DNA of 64,000 nt from Mobula hypostoma (Eukaryota). Within the stretch, counting starts at the first letter, position 1. Each line of letters begins with the position of its first letter. The notes beneath the pieces are model-generated. The model did not search any database. It was not told the DNA's origin and saw only the letters and a list, made by a program, of their open reading frames with translations. Shown in pieces: positions 62,496 through 64,000 of the stretch. The stretch lies in the NCBI RefSeq assembly GCF_963921235.1, contig NC_086100.1:200572001-200636000 (forward strand), in the 5' to 3' direction. Made by a program: the position numbers and the translations under genes.

Positions 62496-64000
62496 CATAG
62501 TCATAGTCATACTTTATTGATCCTGGGGGAAATTGGTTTTCATTACAGTTGCACCATAAATAATAAATAGTAATAGAACCATAAATAGTTAAATAGTATG
62601 TAAATTATGCCAGTAAATTATGAAATAAGTCCAGGACCAGCCTATTGGCTCAGGGTGTCTGACCCTCCAAGGGAGGAGTTGTAAAGTTTGATGGCCACAG
62701 GCAGGAATGACTTCCTATGACGCTCTGTGCTGCATCTCAGTGGAATGAGTCTCTGGCTGAATGTACTCCTGTGCCCACACAGTACATTATGTAGTGGATG
62801 GGAGACATTGACCAAGATGGCATGCAACTTAGACAGCATCCTCTTTTCAGACACCACCGTGAGAGAGTCCAGTTCCATCCCCACAACATCACTGGCCTTA
62901 CGGATGAGTTTGTTGATTCTGTTGGTGTCTGCTACCCTCAGCCTGCTGCCCCAGCACAGAACAGCAAACATGATAGCACTGGCCACCACAGACTCGTAGA
63001 ACATCCTCAGCATCGTCCGGCAGATGTTAAAGGACCTCAGTCTCCTCAGGAAATAGAGACGGCTCTGACCCTGTAGACAGGCTCAGTGTTCTTTGACCAG
63101 TCCAGTTTATTGTCAATTCGTATCCCCAGGTATTTGTAAGCCTCCACCATGTCCACGCTGACCCCCTGGATGGAAACAGGGGTCAGCGGTACCTTAGCTC
63201 TCCTCAGGTCTACCACCAGCTCCTTAGTCTTTTTCACATTAAGCTGCAGATAATTCTTCTCACACCATGTGACAAAGTTTCCTACAGTAGCCCTGTATTC
63301 AACCTCATCTCCCTTGCTGATGCATCCAACTATGGCAGAGTCATCCGAAAACTTCTGAAGATGACAAGACTCTGTGCAGTAGTTGAAGTCCAGGTGTAAA
63401 TGGTGAAGAGAAAGGGAGACAAGACAGTCCCCTGTGGAGCCCCAGTACTGCTGATCACTCTGTTGGACACACAGTGTTGCAAGCACACGTACTGTGGTCT
63501 GCCAGTCAGGTAGTCAAGAATCCATGATACCAAGGAAGCATCCACCTGCATCGCTGTCAGCTTCTCCCCCAGCAGAGCAGGGCGAATGGTGTTGAACGCA
63601 CTGGAGAAGTCAAAAAACATGACCCTCACAGTGCTCACTGGCTTGTCCAGGTGGGCGTAGACATGGTTCAGCAGGTAGGCGATGGCATCCTCAACTCCTA
63701 GTTGGGGCTGGTAGGTGAACTGGAGGGGATCTAAGTGTGGCCTGACCATAGGCCAGAGCAGCTCCAGAACAAGTCTCTCCAGGGTCTTCATGATGTGGGA
63801 GGTCAATGCCACCGGTCTGTAGTCATTGAGGCCGCTGGGGCGCGACGTCTTTGGCACAGGGATGAGGCAGGACGTCTTCCACAGTACAGGAGCCCTCCGG
63901 AGCCTCAGGCTCAGGTTGAAGACATGGCGAAGTACTCCACATAGCTGAGGGGCACAGGCTTTGAGCACCCTGGTACTGACACCACCCGGTCCTGCAGCCT
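62496..64000 (-). mobile_element. Rex1/Babar LINE RT and 3' end, running out of the window
   Basis: NDYRPVALTS, DPLQF, FDFSSAFNTI, TGAPQGTVLSPFLF, KFSDDSA; (ACTATG)n tail; a near-identical 3' end occurs at about 48925-49100. Confidence 0.88.

Overview
Vertebrate nuclear DNA, most likely a cartilaginous fish (ray or shark; inferred from the CR1, V-SINE, Rex1 and Penelope repertoire, not proven). The window holds one host gene, WDR54, on the + strand. Nine coding exons from 11935 to 57328, all with GT-AG junctions, splice in frame into a 335-aa WD40 protein. A non-coding first exon must lie further upstream and was not located. Most of the rest is nested, decayed transposons: many CR1 LINEs, a near full-length L1 with a target-site duplication (TSD), Rex1-like LINEs, Penelope-like elements with minimal hammerhead ribozyme motifs, tRNA-derived SINEs, Tc1, Tigger and hAT DNA elements, and LTR elements. 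I cannot demonstrate a new biological system. Four structures stand out. (1) A 2.3-kb fold-back of two inward-facing Gypsy 5' halves (LTR-PBS-PNMA-like gag), joined through a 134-bp module with 19-bp inverted ends and sitting at one site of an otherwise continuous CR1. (2) A 221-bp palindromic Penelope/hammerhead mini-insertion with a 15-bp TSD. (3) An oppositely oriented pair of closely related CR1 copies bracketing two WDR54 exons. (4) A retrovirus-like 3' LTR with a polypurine tract near the right end. Repeat boundaries were read by eye and are approximate unless a TSD is quoted.
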